Positions 39,103 through 50,500 of a stretch of DNA of 64,000 bases are shown in pieces. The notes beneath the pieces were generated by a model. It did no database searches and was not told the DNA's origin. It saw only the letters and a list, made by a program, of their open reading frames with translations. Source of the DNA: Camelus dromedarius (taxonomy: Eukaryota); assembly GCF_036321535.1 (NCBI RefSeq), contig NC_087437.1:18106001-18170000 (forward strand), given 5' to 3'. The stretch's first letter is position 1, and each line of letters opens with the position of its first letter. A program made the position numbers and the translations under genes.

Positions 39103-39507
39103 ATTTTACTTCCTCCTTCCTGACTGAGGTGCCTTATTTCCTTTTCTTGCCTGATTGCTCTGGCGAGGACTTCCAATAGCATAATGAGTAAGAGTGGTGA
39201 GAGTAGGCACCTGTGTCTTGTACCTGATCTTAGAGGAAAAGCTTTTAGCTCTTCACTGTTGAGTATGATGTTAGCTGTGGGCTTATCAGATATGGTTTTT
39301 GTTATGTTGAGGTAGATTCCTTCTATACCTAATTTGCTGAGTGTTTATCATGACAGGATATTGAATTTCGTCAAATGCCTTTTCTGCACCTATTGAAATG
39401 ATCATATGATTTTACCCTTTATTCTGCTACTGTGGTGTATCAGGCTTATCGGTTTGCAAGTGTGAACTATCCTTGCATCCCAGGGATGAATCTCACTTGA
39501 TCATGGC
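39103..39507 (-). mobile_element. L1 ORF2 reverse-transcriptase-domain remnant
   Basis: The reverse strand reads [13 protein letters not shown] (cf. L1 RT motif RSGTRQGCPLSPL); also 'tcaaatgccttttctgcacctattgaaatgatcatatg' and 'ccttgcatcccagggatgaatctcacttgatcatgg'. Confidence 0.9.
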
Positions 39508-39533
39508 TAGTCCTATTGCATCAGTGAGTTGCC

Positions 39534-39551
39534 ACTGCCCTCTAGTGGTTA
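39534..39551 (-). promoter_or_regulatory. CTCF core motif
   Basis: Reverse complement TAACCACTAGAGGGCAGT matches the CTCF consensus CCASYAGRKGGCRS. Confidence 0.55.
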
Positions 39552-40109
39552 TACGATGATTTGCTTTCCTCCAAGAAAGAGTAGCCATTGGTCTGATTAC
39601 CTCCTGAGACATGGAAACACAGTGTGCAGGTCTCTGGACTATGCAACCAGTTAGATTTGTCGTCACGTATGGTTAGGGTGCCACAAGGAGAGGCAAACCA
39701 AAAAAAGCCACAGACATTGGGAAAATGTGGGACAAATACCTGACTAACTAAAAACAGAGAATAAATAAATCTCACAACTTAACTATAAATCAAACAATAA
39801 ACCAAAACTTAGCAATACCATAAATCTACTAGTGACATAAAATATGTCCAATTAATGGGTTCCTTGTAAGATTTCAGAATCCTCTTCAGTACATCTTTAC
39901 ATAAGTCAAAATTTTGAATCAGAACTAAAACAATTTCCATCTTATCCTTCCTTTTCAATGGCACTTATGTCATCTTTTTCCATAATCCTCACCACCCAGC
40001 ACAGGGTCTCATATTTACAAGGCACTCGGTCAAGTTTTATGAAATAGTTAAATGAATCCACGTAATTGCATATGTCAAATGGTTCATCCCATAGACAGAA
40101 TATTAAGAG

Positions 40110-40250
40110 CTAATATTTAAGAAAAACATAGCTGTGTGCTGGGCATGGTTGTATGTACTTAATTGCATTCACTTATTCAGTTCTCATCACAACCTTATGA
40201 CATCGGTATAATCATTATAATTATCTTTTTTCAGATAAGGAAACCTACCC
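40110..40250 (-). mobile_element. MIR fragment
   Basis: 'tgtgtgctgggcatggtt', 'tcacaaccttatga', 'tttttcagataaggaaac'. Confidence 0.65.
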
Positions 40251-40264
40251 AGGCTGCTCCCTAA

Positions 40265-40580
40265 AGTAGGGTTGCACTCACTCCCCCCCTGAAGTTAGGC
40301 ATGGCCATATTACTTGCTTGGGCCAAAGATATATGGTGGAAGTGACATGCCACTTTCAGGCATAACCTCTAAGGATCGATGCCCAATTCACTACATTCTT
40401 TTCCCACCTGCCAAGGTGATCATGGATGCAGTTGTCAGGATGAACGTCTGTCAGCCTGGTCCCTGAGTGACTGGTAAACAAAAACAGCCCATGTTGGACA
40501 TGTACCATGGACAAGATATTGGGTTAAGACACTGAGAATTTGGACTTATTTCTTCAGTACAACCTGATCTATCTTAAATA
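40265..40580 (+). mobile_element. MaLR LTR, MLT1I/J-like
   Basis: 'ccctgaagttaggcatggccatattacttgcttgggccaa', 'gaagtgacatgccactttcagg', 'cagcctggtccctgagtgac', 'ttaagacactgaga'. Confidence 0.75.
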
Positions 40581-40582
40581 TC

Positions 40583-40760
40583 ATTTATTGAGCATGTAGC
40601 AAATGCAGTCAAGGTGCTAAGCTCTTAACATAGGTCATCTCATTTAATTGTCAAAGCAGGCTGGCAAGGTAGATGTTACTATTCCTGTCTTATAGCTGGG
40701 CATGTAGCCTTGGAGATGTTACACAGTGTGACCCAGTCCCCCAGTTGCTGAGCAGTAGAA
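40583..40760 (-). mobile_element. MIR fragment
   Basis: 'atttattgagcat', 'gtgctaagctctt', 'atctcatttaat', 'aggtagatgttactattcc'. Confidence 0.6.
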
Positions 40761-41639
40761 CCAGCAAAGCACACAGATTCATCATTTATCACTTGACAGC
40801 TATTAGCTATTCACTACATGGGCTGCAGAGGAATGCACAAAACTACATGTTCTTAATCAAGAAGGTTGCCATTTTACTTGAGGAGGCAAATAAAGATGGC
40901 TAGCAATGAAAAAAAGGAAGAGTGGTCTGTAACAGCCTGAATGTTCAAAGAAGTCTCCATAAGAGGGCTGGAGATGTGATCAGCGTTGGTGGGGAAAATG
41001 TGTTAATGTTTGTGGAGCAGAGAGGACCTCTCAAGCAGGGCTAACAGCATAAGAGAAATGGATAATGACAGAAACAAAGAGCATGTTAGGAGGGAACAAG
41101 ACCAGGTGGGTTAGAGCAGAAGGTTCAGGTTGATATAGAGCAGGAGATAAAATCAGGCAGGCAAAATCCAAAGAGTATGGATGTGGAGTGTCAGGTGGAA
41201 GATTTTATTCGTTATGCATTCATTTGACCAAAAAACTCTGACCACCTGCAGTGTACCCAGCACTGTGCTGTACACAGTGAGTGAAGATTATGGTCTAGGG
41301 GAAAACTGATATTCGTCAAATAAAGGGACGTGCAAGGTAAAGTAGGAGCAAGGGAAGTGGCCTCCATGAGAAGGAGTCTTGGGAAGCAGTGAGTCAGTGT
41401 CCAGCTGGCTCAGAGAGCCAGTCAGCCAGCGCTTGTTGAATTCACAACGGTGAATAGAGAAGAAAAGGTTCATTTTAGAGTAACCCTGGTAGATGACCAG
41501 GTAAGGTTAAGTGACTCATGGGACAGGAACGAGAGGCTGCTCATGTGCTACAAGAAGAATGTTTTATCTGAAACCATGAGACCTGCATTCAAGCCTTCAT
41601 GGTAACGTTTAAGGTCTGCACGACCTTGGGAACATGACC

Positions 41640-41810
41640 TTTCTGTACCTGTGTTTCTAGCTGTGTGACTTTGGGCAGCTTACTTAATCTCTTTTCCATT
41701 TCTTTATCTGTAAACTGAGGACAATATGCACTGAAAGTCTCTGAGGACTGAATGAGATCGTGTGTGTAAAATAGCTGGCAAGTGTCTAAGTAGTCAATAA
41801 ATATTAATTA
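41640..41810 (+). mobile_element. MIR
   Basis: 'tagctgtgtgactttgggcagcttacttaatctct...tttctttatctgtaaactgaggacaata...gaggactgaatgagat...tcaataaatatt'. Confidence 0.8.
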
Positions 41811-43094
41811 TGTCTTTATAAAACAGTCAAAATTTTAAGGAAAGCTGTGCCTTTACGTTAAAAATATTTTTGAAGTCATTTAAGGGTAAAAGAAGGGATT
41901 CTATGGCACCAAAAGAGAGCATGGGAAAGACCCAGTGTGTCGCATGTACTTAATTTGAAACAAGTGTTGGCGTGCTCTTCCCAGTCTGACAGGACTCTTG
42001 GTGGCCGCTCAGCTACACTCTTGGCAACTCCAAGGGCACCAGCTCAGCCGACAGGGCGCTCACTGGACTTTACTAGTGCGCTATTCTTCCCAAGGCTGCG
42101 CCTTCTCTAAGTCTGGCACGGATCTTCAGCAACACGCTTGAGAAGCAACAGGCCCATTCCAGGGGAGACACACCCATATGGAGAAAGCATGGCTGGTGGA
42201 GGACAGAGATAGAGCAGAGAATCAAGCCGCCTCGGATGAAGGGCATTACTGCTGAGGACTCACAATAGGTGTCCACACAGACTGGAAGAAAGTCTCGGGC
42301 TGGTTTCTCACTGTAAGTCCCAGCCCAAGCTCGGGGATGACACTGGGCTAAGGATATGGAAGACAAAGACAGCTGAAAGGGAGAAGGAGGTGGTACTAGC
42401 TCCAAACGTCTTCCCAGCCCTGTGGCATTTATCAGAACCATGGACACTTCCACATCAACAAGAGATGGTAGGAAGGTGGTAGAATGAGTCAACCTTCCGC
42501 TGCACATCCCTGCTCATTCCTGGTACTTGAGGACTTTACTGTGCAGAAGTAGCCGCCACCTTGCCTGGTGCAGCCCAACCCAGCAGCTGCATGAATGGTG
42601 GAGCAGAAAGCTGCTGAATTACAGCCGCACTGGACCCTTTAACTACAATGTACCCAACAGCCCTGAAGAAGCAACTCACTGGCATCTGAAGGCAGAAGAA
42701 TAAAGTGACAACACTAAACTCAATTTTAAGCAAACATGTTGGCCCTTCTGTTACCCAATGAGGTCCTTGCATGCTGCTGAGTCCCATCTTCTAAGAAGGT
42801 GATCAGAGACCTCCTGTTAGGCAGCTCACATCCTCAGCTAATCCCAGACCACAGCTGGGAAAGGAGACTTGGATCAACCTCATGTCATGAAACTAAGATG
42901 ACAATGTCTACCTGCAGACCAGGTGAAGAGGAACCCTGACAAGGTGTGTGTCCCCATGCGGGAGATGGGACTGGAGGCTTACTCCCCTGTGCACTCGTGG
43001 ATTCTTGAATGCAGTACCCAGGGCTCAGCTTAGGGCCTGCCCTGGAGCTAGCCTTCAGAAAGTGTCCGTGGAAATGACACTAATAACCATATCT

Positions 43095-43255
43095 TCCACT
43101 CAGAATCACTGTGATAAGCACTTCCCATTATTTCATTTACTTCTCATTACCATCGACATCTTCAGATTCCAATTGTGAAAGCTGATGTTCTGGAAGGTTA
43201 AATAACTTGCCCAAAGTCAAACAGCTAGTGAGTGGTAAAAATAATTCTAAACTTA
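43095..43255 (-). mobile_element. MIR fragment
   Basis: 'ggaaggttaaataacttgcccaaagtcaaacagctagtgagtgg'. Confidence 0.65.
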
Positions 43256-43669
43256 TGTTCTTAGTCGTAGTATCTGAAATTGGGCCTGTGCTGAAAATTC
43301 CCCACGGTTATGGGTCCAGGAAAGAAACTGTCTTTCCCCAGCCAGGTATCAGGAAGCAATACATGTAGACAGATTACATTATTACATTTGCTACTTAAGT
43401 GATGAAGATTATAAGGATTTTTTTAAAAGACCAGCCTAAAATAAAAATACAAGAAAGGTGGAAAACTAAAGGAATCACAAGAGATATAGCCTGCAAATAT
43501 TACCAAAAAGAAAACAAGGCAAGCAGTGTTAATTACATTAAAAAAAAACATTTTAAGAATAATCAAAATAAGGGGGAACACATAATAATAAAAGGAACAT
43601 TCAAACAAAAACTAGGAAATAATAAAGGCTGCAAATTTGCACCAAACAAATGGGCTCTGAGGCAGATCA

Positions 43670-44135
43670 TATTTTCCAAAAACAGGCCCCATTCCACATA
43701 CTCTTCTACCATGTAGCCCTGCAACTCCCCATGAAGAGACAGAGTCCGATTTCCCTGGTGGGTTGAAACCAATAAATCACTGGGTTAAAGCCAATAAGAC
43801 AAAACAGAAGTGATGCTGTGAGACTTCCTACGGGCAGGGTCAGAAGAAGCCTTGCAGCTGCTTCCTTGTTCTCTTGAAATAATTGCTCTCCAGACACTCT
43901 TGCTCCCTCTTGAACCCAGCTGAATGTTGTGCTGTGGAAAGGTCAGGCTCGTAGAGGGCCGTGTGTAGGTGCCTGGTATGTTAGCCCCGGCCTCTGGGTC
44001 ACCCCCCTCTCAGGCCCTAGATATACACATGATGCCAGCACCCAGCCATTTGAATAATCCCTATTCATTTGCATCTTCAATACTGAGGCCCCACAGTTTG
44101 TGGAGCAAGGACAGGCCATCCCCAACGTTCCCATT
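43670..44135 (+). mobile_element. MaLR LTR, MLT1F/G-like
   Basis: 'cagaagtgatgctgtgagacttcc', 'gaagccttgcagctgcttccttgttctcttgaa', 'gaacccagc', 'ctgaggccccacag...gtggagcaaggacaggccatcccc'. Confidence 0.75.
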
Positions 44136-44238
44136 TTAGCCTGAAACTAATATAATGTCATATGTCAATTATAACTCAAAAAAAAATAAAATTAAATTTT
44201 TTTAATTTTAAAAGGAATTCAACAATGATAAGTTGATA

Positions 44239-44326
44239 ATATATATAATATATAATATTAATGCATATAAAGCACATATATATGTGTGTATATATACATA
44301 TATATTTATGCATATGTCTGTATATA
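44239..44326. repeat. (TA)n/(CA/TA)-rich low-complexity repeat
   Basis: atatatataatatataata...gtgtatatatacatatatattt read directly. Confidence 0.8.
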
Positions 44327-44479
44327 AATCTATCCATAAATAATTCATCGTTTAAAGAAGAAATCACAATAGAAACTGAAAAATATTTGGAACTGAAAAC
44401 CCAGAAAAGTGCTACCTGGAAAACTTGTAGGTTGAAGGTGAAGTACTACTTAGAGCAAATTTAAAACTTTAGGTGCATT

Positions 44480-45645
44480 CTTTTTGATTATGGAGAAATT
44501 CAAACAAAAGTAGAGAAGAGTGTTATGAAACTCTATGTATCCATTACCCAACTTCAACCGTTATTAGCATTTGACTAACCGTCTTGGAGAAAAATACATC
44601 GTATCGTTCCATCCATAAATCCTTCAGTGTGGATGTCTCAAAGATAAGCATCGCTCTTTTTCAAGCAATCCACAATTCTATCATCACACCCAAAACAACT
44701 AATAATAATTCCTTAATAATTTTATATAATTGGTCAGTTTGAATCAGGATTCTAAACAAGGTCTATATATTGAATTTTGTTTATGTGTCTCTTAGGTATC
44801 TTTTAATCTATAAGTTCATCTCTCTCTATCTCTCTTTCTCTCTCTCCCGCTTTCTCTCTCTCTCTCTCCCCTTGCTAATTATTTGTTGAAGAAGCCTGAT
44901 GTTTTTCTTGCAGAATTTCCCATGGTCTGGATTGCATTAATTCTGTCCCCGTGGGGGACATTTAACAGGTTCCTTGTTTCCCTGTACTTCCTATAAACTA
45001 TTAGTTAGATGTTGAGACCTAATTTGATCAAGGTTTGGATTTTTGGCAAGAATACATCATAGGTGGTGGTGCGTTCTCACAGCGCAACTCCGGAGATTTT
45101 AGAAGTCATCAAGGATCATTGCCCATCTTTGTTTGCTCATTAAGGGCTACAAAGTGGTGATCTTCTAGCATATCATTCTTTATTTATTAACTAAAATAAT
45201 TCTAAAAAGAACTTCCCTTCATCAACTATTTAGTTATCCTGAGGTATAGTCTGTATAGGAAAAGCAGGATAAACGTTGACACTTTCCCTTTCGAAAGGCT
45301 TTTCAGAACAATAAGTTGATGTCCTAACATCAAAGATTCCATGAAGGATATTTTTAGTATCATGATGAGCTCATGGATTTTAATATACATGATGTACTTC
45401 AATCCACTGCAGATATTATTCTTTTTGATGGTTATATTCTTCCATCTTTGACCAGTGAGAATGAACCCCTTTAATTAGGCTTCAGGGTCCTATTGTTATG
45501 ACCCTGGTAGTCTTTGATAGTTTTCTTTGTTATCTATTGTGACAGATGTTCCAGGCTCATTTTGTACATTTTCTGCCCCAGATCTGGACTCGGCAATTCT
45601 TCAAGAAGCCCTGATTTCTTTCAGTGGGAATGGTATTTAGAGAAA
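44480..45645 (-). mobile_element. L1MC4/5-like 3' UTR (contains (CT)n at 44820-44870)
   Basis: 'ttatggagaaattcaaacaaaagtagag', 'tttgaatcaggattc', 'ttttggcaagaatacatcataggtggtg', 'gatgttccaggctcattttgtacattttctgcccca', 'cttcaagaagccctg'. Confidence 0.8.
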
Positions 45646-45649
45646 TGCA

Positions 45650-46110
45650 TTTTTTAAATGGACGGACTAGAAATAAATTAGTTATGTGGTCATTTCAAGA
45701 AGCTAGAAGCAAAAAATTCTTTAAAAAGAAGTGGAAGAAAATAGTAAAGTTAAGGCAGAAATTAGAAACTAAAACACGGTTCCTTATAAAACTAATAAAA
45801 TTAGTTTAATAATAATAAAATAGACAATCCTTTAACCAGAACTTTAACAAGATTAAGCAAGAATGAAAAGGCAGAAATAAGCAATATTGTAGAGGGAAAA
45901 AAAAAAAAGAAGACAAAGCTACATCTACAGTAGAGACTAAAAATCATAATTTAATATTACAAATAACTTTCTCTCAATTTATTAGTAAGCAGATATATTA
46001 GAAAAGTTCCTAGAAAAAATCTAAAAAACAAATTAAAGAGGAATAGGAAGCCTGAATAAACCAAAAACCATGAATGAAATTGAGTTGAAAAGAGAAAGAC
46101 TCTTTTTTAC
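45650..46110 (+). mobile_element. Old L1 ORF2 remnant
   Basis: A-rich with 'aagaagctagaa', 'aataataaaatagacaatcctttaaccaga', 'aaataagcaatatt', 'gaaataactttc'-like landmarks. Confidence 0.55.
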
Positions 46111-46328
46111 TCCCAAAGACCCAGAGCCAGGGGAATTTGGTCAAAATGTTAAATGTGTAAAGTGAGACTTTCCCTGATCCTTTATCATATCTCCGGGGAC
46201 CAGAAGAGGACCTGGTGCAAAGTGAATACTCAATAAGTATGTGCTAAATAAACAGTCTTACAATCTTGATCACACATAAACTGTTTCAAAGACTGGAAAA
46301 ATATGGAATGATGGAAATTAATTCATGG

Positions 46329-46850
46329 TGTTACCAAGTCCAAGCTCATACTGCTTGCCCCACAACAGGCCAATAAATTTAGAGAAGAGATGTTGGGATG
46401 AGGAATTGCACCTTTATTTGGAAAGCTAGAAGACCTAGAATATGGTGGACTAGTGTCCCACAGAGCCATTTTCCCTGAGTTAGAATTCAGCTTCTATTAT
46501 ACTAAAAGGGGAGGGCATGTGGCTGGTTGCTGCAAACTTCTTTGTGCTGGAATCCTTTGTTCTCGCAGCTGTCCACTTTGATCTGGTCACAATGTTCCTA
46601 TAAACCTCCAGCAAGACAATTGTTATTTTCTGCTCCGCAACTTTTTATCTCTATATGAACTGAAGAATGTTCTAGCTTTAAAGGTCAAGCCTGGGAGGCA
46701 GAACATTGAGAATGAGCTCTCACATATATTTCAGGCTATAGGCAACATTCTTCTACAAAGCTGCGTGACTAAGCACAGGCAACAGAGCACAAAGGTTAGA
46801 GCTAGAGGAATGGATGCAATATGGAGTCAGATTTGTTCTTCTCTGTTGCA
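46329..46850 (-). mobile_element. ERV1-type solo LTR of cetartiodactyls (tentatively MER41-like), apparently full length
   Basis: TG...CA ends (tgttacc ... tgttgca), 4-bp near-TSD atgg/gtgg, minus-strand AATAAA ('tttatt' ~46414) and TATA-like ('tattatac' ~46495). The opening 'tgttaccaagtccaagctc...caggccaataaa' is familiar from cetartiodactyl LTRs. Confidence 0.75.
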
Positions 46851-46929
46851 GTGGGGGAGGGCATATTCTCAGCACTTGAATGAGGGAAGGAAGGAATGGA
46901 GGGAGGGAGGAAGGAAGGAAATTATAGAT

Positions 46930-47940
46930 CAATCTCATTTATAAAACTGGCTGGAAAAATCTTAGGTAAAATATCATTAAATTGAATACAACTCTATATG
47001 GTGATAAGATAGGGCACATTCCAGGAATGCAAGGAAGTCTATTAATATAATATACAATAATACCAGACTAAATGAGAAAAACCATAATTAGTTTAGTAGA
47101 AGTAGAAAAAGATTTGATAAAGCCTAACACTTAATGAGGATTAAAAGGAACATAATAACATAATTATTAATATTTTAGACAATAATAGAAAATAATTCCT
47201 TCAATGTGTGAAAGGGTATTTATCAAAATCTAATACAAATAATATTTTAATGGTGAAACATCAGAGGTTGTCCCTTTAAAATCAAGAACAAGGCAAAAAA
47301 TTCCTATATCATTGCTTCTATCCACCATGGCATTGAATGCAAGCAATTCAATTCATACAAGCATAAGAATTGAGAAGTGGAAACAAAACTGTCTGTTTGC
47401 AAATGAGAGAATTCAGCAAGCTTGCTAGAGACAAGATTTATATACAAAAATCAATTGAAATTCTATACAATGGTAATAATCAAATAGGAAAGATAATAGG
47501 AAAAGATCTCATTCACAATTTCAAGGAGTCTTGGAATAACTAGATGTGCTTTATGAAAAAATTATAACATATTATTGAAGTACATGAAAGGAGGCCTGAA
47601 TAAACAGAGAGATGCTCCACGTTCATAGACAGGAAGACTTAATCTCATAAAGATGTCAAGTCTTCCCCGAAGTAACCTATAAATTTAATGTAATTCCAAT
47701 CAATATCTCAACTGGGGTTTTATTTATGGAATGTGACAAGCTCGTCCTTAAATTCACATGAAAGAGTAAAGGGCCAAGAAAAATCGATGATTCTTTTGAA
47801 GAAGAGGAACGAGGTGGGTAGGTGGGGAGAGGGTGGGACTGTGGGACGGCAGCGAGGCGAGGGAGGAAGGTCCTTGCCCTGCCAGATACCAGACCTTCGG
47901 TGAAGCCATTGTAATTAAGAAACAGTGGTACTGGTGCCAA
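46930..47940 (+). mobile_element. Old L1 ORF2 (RT region) remnant
   Basis: 'ttccaggaatgcaagg', 'gtagaaaaagatttgataa', 'ccctttaaaatcaagaacaaggcaa', 'gacaggaagacttaatctcataaagatgtca', 'taaaattcacatg'-like, 'aaacagtggtactgg'. Confidence 0.8.
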
Positions 47941-47949
47941 GAGGGACAA

Positions 47950-48105
47950 GTAAATTCAACTCTGCCACTTATTAGCTATGGGACCAGGTCAAAATTCTTA
48001 GCCTCTCTGAGCAACTTCTTTAATCTCATCTGGAAATTAGCTTTATATCATCCACATCATAGGTGAGTTATATAAACTGCAGAAAATAACTGATGCAAAG
48101 CAGTC
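47950..48105 (+). mobile_element. MIR fragment
   Basis: 'ctctgccacttattagctatgggacc...ttcttagcctctctgagc...ctcatctggaaa'. Confidence 0.65.
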
Positions 48106-49456
48106 AGTTCAGGAGGATGTAGGAAGGACATAATAAAGGGTCTTTGGATGTACATCTAAAAACTGTAAATAGTAATTCAGCTCTAACAAGTGTTATTAAA
48201 ATATGGACTGGGAAAATTGAATTTTTAAATGTTTTGGCTTCTCCTGGTCTTCGGGGCCCTCTTTGCTCTACTGCCAACCCTGTGTGTCCTGTGTTTAAAG
48301 AAAAAGAAAAAAATGCAGAGACTCTTGACCTGGCTCCTAGCTTGCTACTAGGTCTTGACCACCATTTTGTTTCTGATGCTGGTCTGCACCATGCATGAGT
48401 CCTCACTCTCCTTCGAATCTAGAAGTTTTCAGAGGTTTCTTGCACAAACACACAGAGTTCAGTAAGGTCCTTGGTCCTTTCTTGGGACCCTGGAGGCAGC
48501 CCTCACTGGAGGGAGATCACACAGCCCATCTTCCCTGTGGCAGTGGGCCAGTAAGATGCTCAGGGTAACAAGGATATTGCTATCTAACTGTAATTGGAAA
48601 TAATTTTTTTAATACTAGAAGATATTACGTGAATTCCTTAGCAGTGGTTATAGGTATTTTAGTTTGCTTCGATTTTTTTGGCCTAGACTTATTGCTCAAA
48701 TTTTCTGTTCTTCTACAATTAACATGTTATTTATAAGCATAAAAACCTAAGGTGCTTTGGAGGTATAAACAATATCAGATAATATAGGTTACTTAATTTT
48801 TTAAAGGAAAAAATTCTATTGCAGTAATACATCTCTTCCTTGCAGGAAGGAGCCGTCAGTCTTGTCTGAGCTTCTTGGGCAGGGTCTGGTCCACAGCACA
48901 GACTCCAGATTTCATGACTGCCATTGCCTTCCATTTCTTGAGACATAATTTTCCTCACTAAAGCCGGAATTAGGTCAGAGAAACCAGAGCTTTGTTACTA
49001 AGGAACAAGAATTATAAATAATTTCTTTTAATTGTGTGAGTTTTAAACTTATTACATGTGGCACGCATGCCTTCAACAGCACAGAATAAAATCGAGGTTA
49101 TTAACTCAGCACAGCCAGTTAGAATGAGGCCAAGGTCAGCCAGTATTAGGATAACAAGTAACACCTTACACTGCTTCTCTGAAGCCAAGCATTGCTTTTT
49201 ACAGCTCTGGTCTTCCCTAAAGTTGGTGAGCAGGGCTCAAGGACACGGTCCTGACTGGAACTTCTAGAGCCCAGATATTCTTGCACCATTTTTAACACCG
49301 CCACACACATGATGCATGATGTCCCCATGAGGGTCAGACTCCACAAATGTACTCCAATTACGGGCAGCAGCAAGATAAAATAGGCCATGGTTTATGTGCA
49401 ATTCCTAGAAATTCCTTTCTCTCCTTCTCAAGAAGGCACATTAAAGGCAAATAAGA

Positions 49457-49601
49457 TGGGAGGGGTTGGGGGTGGCTACAGCGCAGTGGTAGAGTGCATG
49501 CTTAGCATGCATGAGGTCCTGGGCTCAACCCCCAGTACCTCCATTAAAATAAATAAATAAATAATAAATAAATAAACCTAATTATCTCTCCCCTCTAAAA
49601 G
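49457..49601 (+). mobile_element. tRNA-Ala(AGC)-derived SINE (camelid type, vic-1-like) with perfect 13-bp TSD
   Basis: 'tacagcgcagtggtagagtgcatgcttagcatgcatgaggtcctgggctcaacccccagtacctcca', then (AAAT)n and 'aaacctaattatctctcccc'. TSD aaggcaaataaga at 49444-49456 and 49602-49614. Confidence 0.92.
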
Positions 49602-50099
49602 AAGGCAAATAAGACAGGTTGTAAGGGGGAAACCTGGAAATTTCTCTGATTTTTAAATGAATTAGATTGCTCAAAACTTTACACCTTTCTTACAGCAAAT
49701 CATTACTGTCACAAGAGCACAGCTGAGCATGTTACTCTAAATATTTAGCCTCAGGTGGCAGCTCTTCCAGTGACACTGCCTTCTGATGGCAAGAATACCC
49801 TGCTCTTCCCAGTGGTCACAAATCTCCAGGAAGAGCCTGAACTGTCTCTCTCCCCTCCCCCACTCCCTTGGTGGCAGTGGTCACTTCCAGCAGGTGCCAC
49901 ACATTTCTATATCGCTTGGTAACTCTCATCACGATGTCTAAATGTCACAAGACAAATTCTGAAGTTTGGAAATCAAAATCCTATCTGGATTGAGTTTAGG
50001 GTTCCCTGGTTAAAAGAGGAAGCAAGAATCTTTTGGTTCAGTGGCACTTTTCAAAAGAAGTTTAATTGAAGTCTGAAGTGTTGCCTAAATGGAAGATAT

Positions 50100-50500
50100 A
50101 AGTTTTAATTGAAAAATAATTATAACCACTTAATCATTTTTAAATGAGGGCTGTAATTGCAGTCAGCGCACAATAGCCACATACAGACACTGAGATTTGC
50201 GCAATAAAGCAGGGATGGTACGGCTTGATTTGCTAATAGCACTTCCACTTCTCCTCCCTTTGTCTCAAAGATTAATTCAGGCAAGGGCTATTAGTGCTGT
50301 TAATTGGTTCTGCAATTTAGACCTTGTGCCTGTGAATGAATGACGGATGTACTCGCTCAGCCAATAAATGGGAACACTCCGTCAACCCTCCGCATTGTCC
50401 AGCAGGGCATCGCCCCGCCACCGAGCCTCCCTCCCGCCAGCCTTTGGGGACAAAGGGCCCGGCGCCTCAGTAGGACCCGAGATAGGTCGACAAGATGTCT
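50100..50500. promoter_or_regulatory. Candidate conserved enhancer/promoter-like element
   Basis: No recognisable repeat. Several TAAT/ATTA cores, palindromic C/EBP site TTGCGCAA (50197-50204), CCAAT (50361-50365), GC box GCCCCGCC (50412-50419), local CpG enrichment. Confidence 0.4.

Noticed and set aside
49468..49543. tRNA-Ala(AGC) gene
   Set aside because: Acceptor, D and T arms are degenerate, there is no oligo-T terminator, and it is followed by a SINE body and A-tail with TSDs. It is a SINE, as is 4711-4783.
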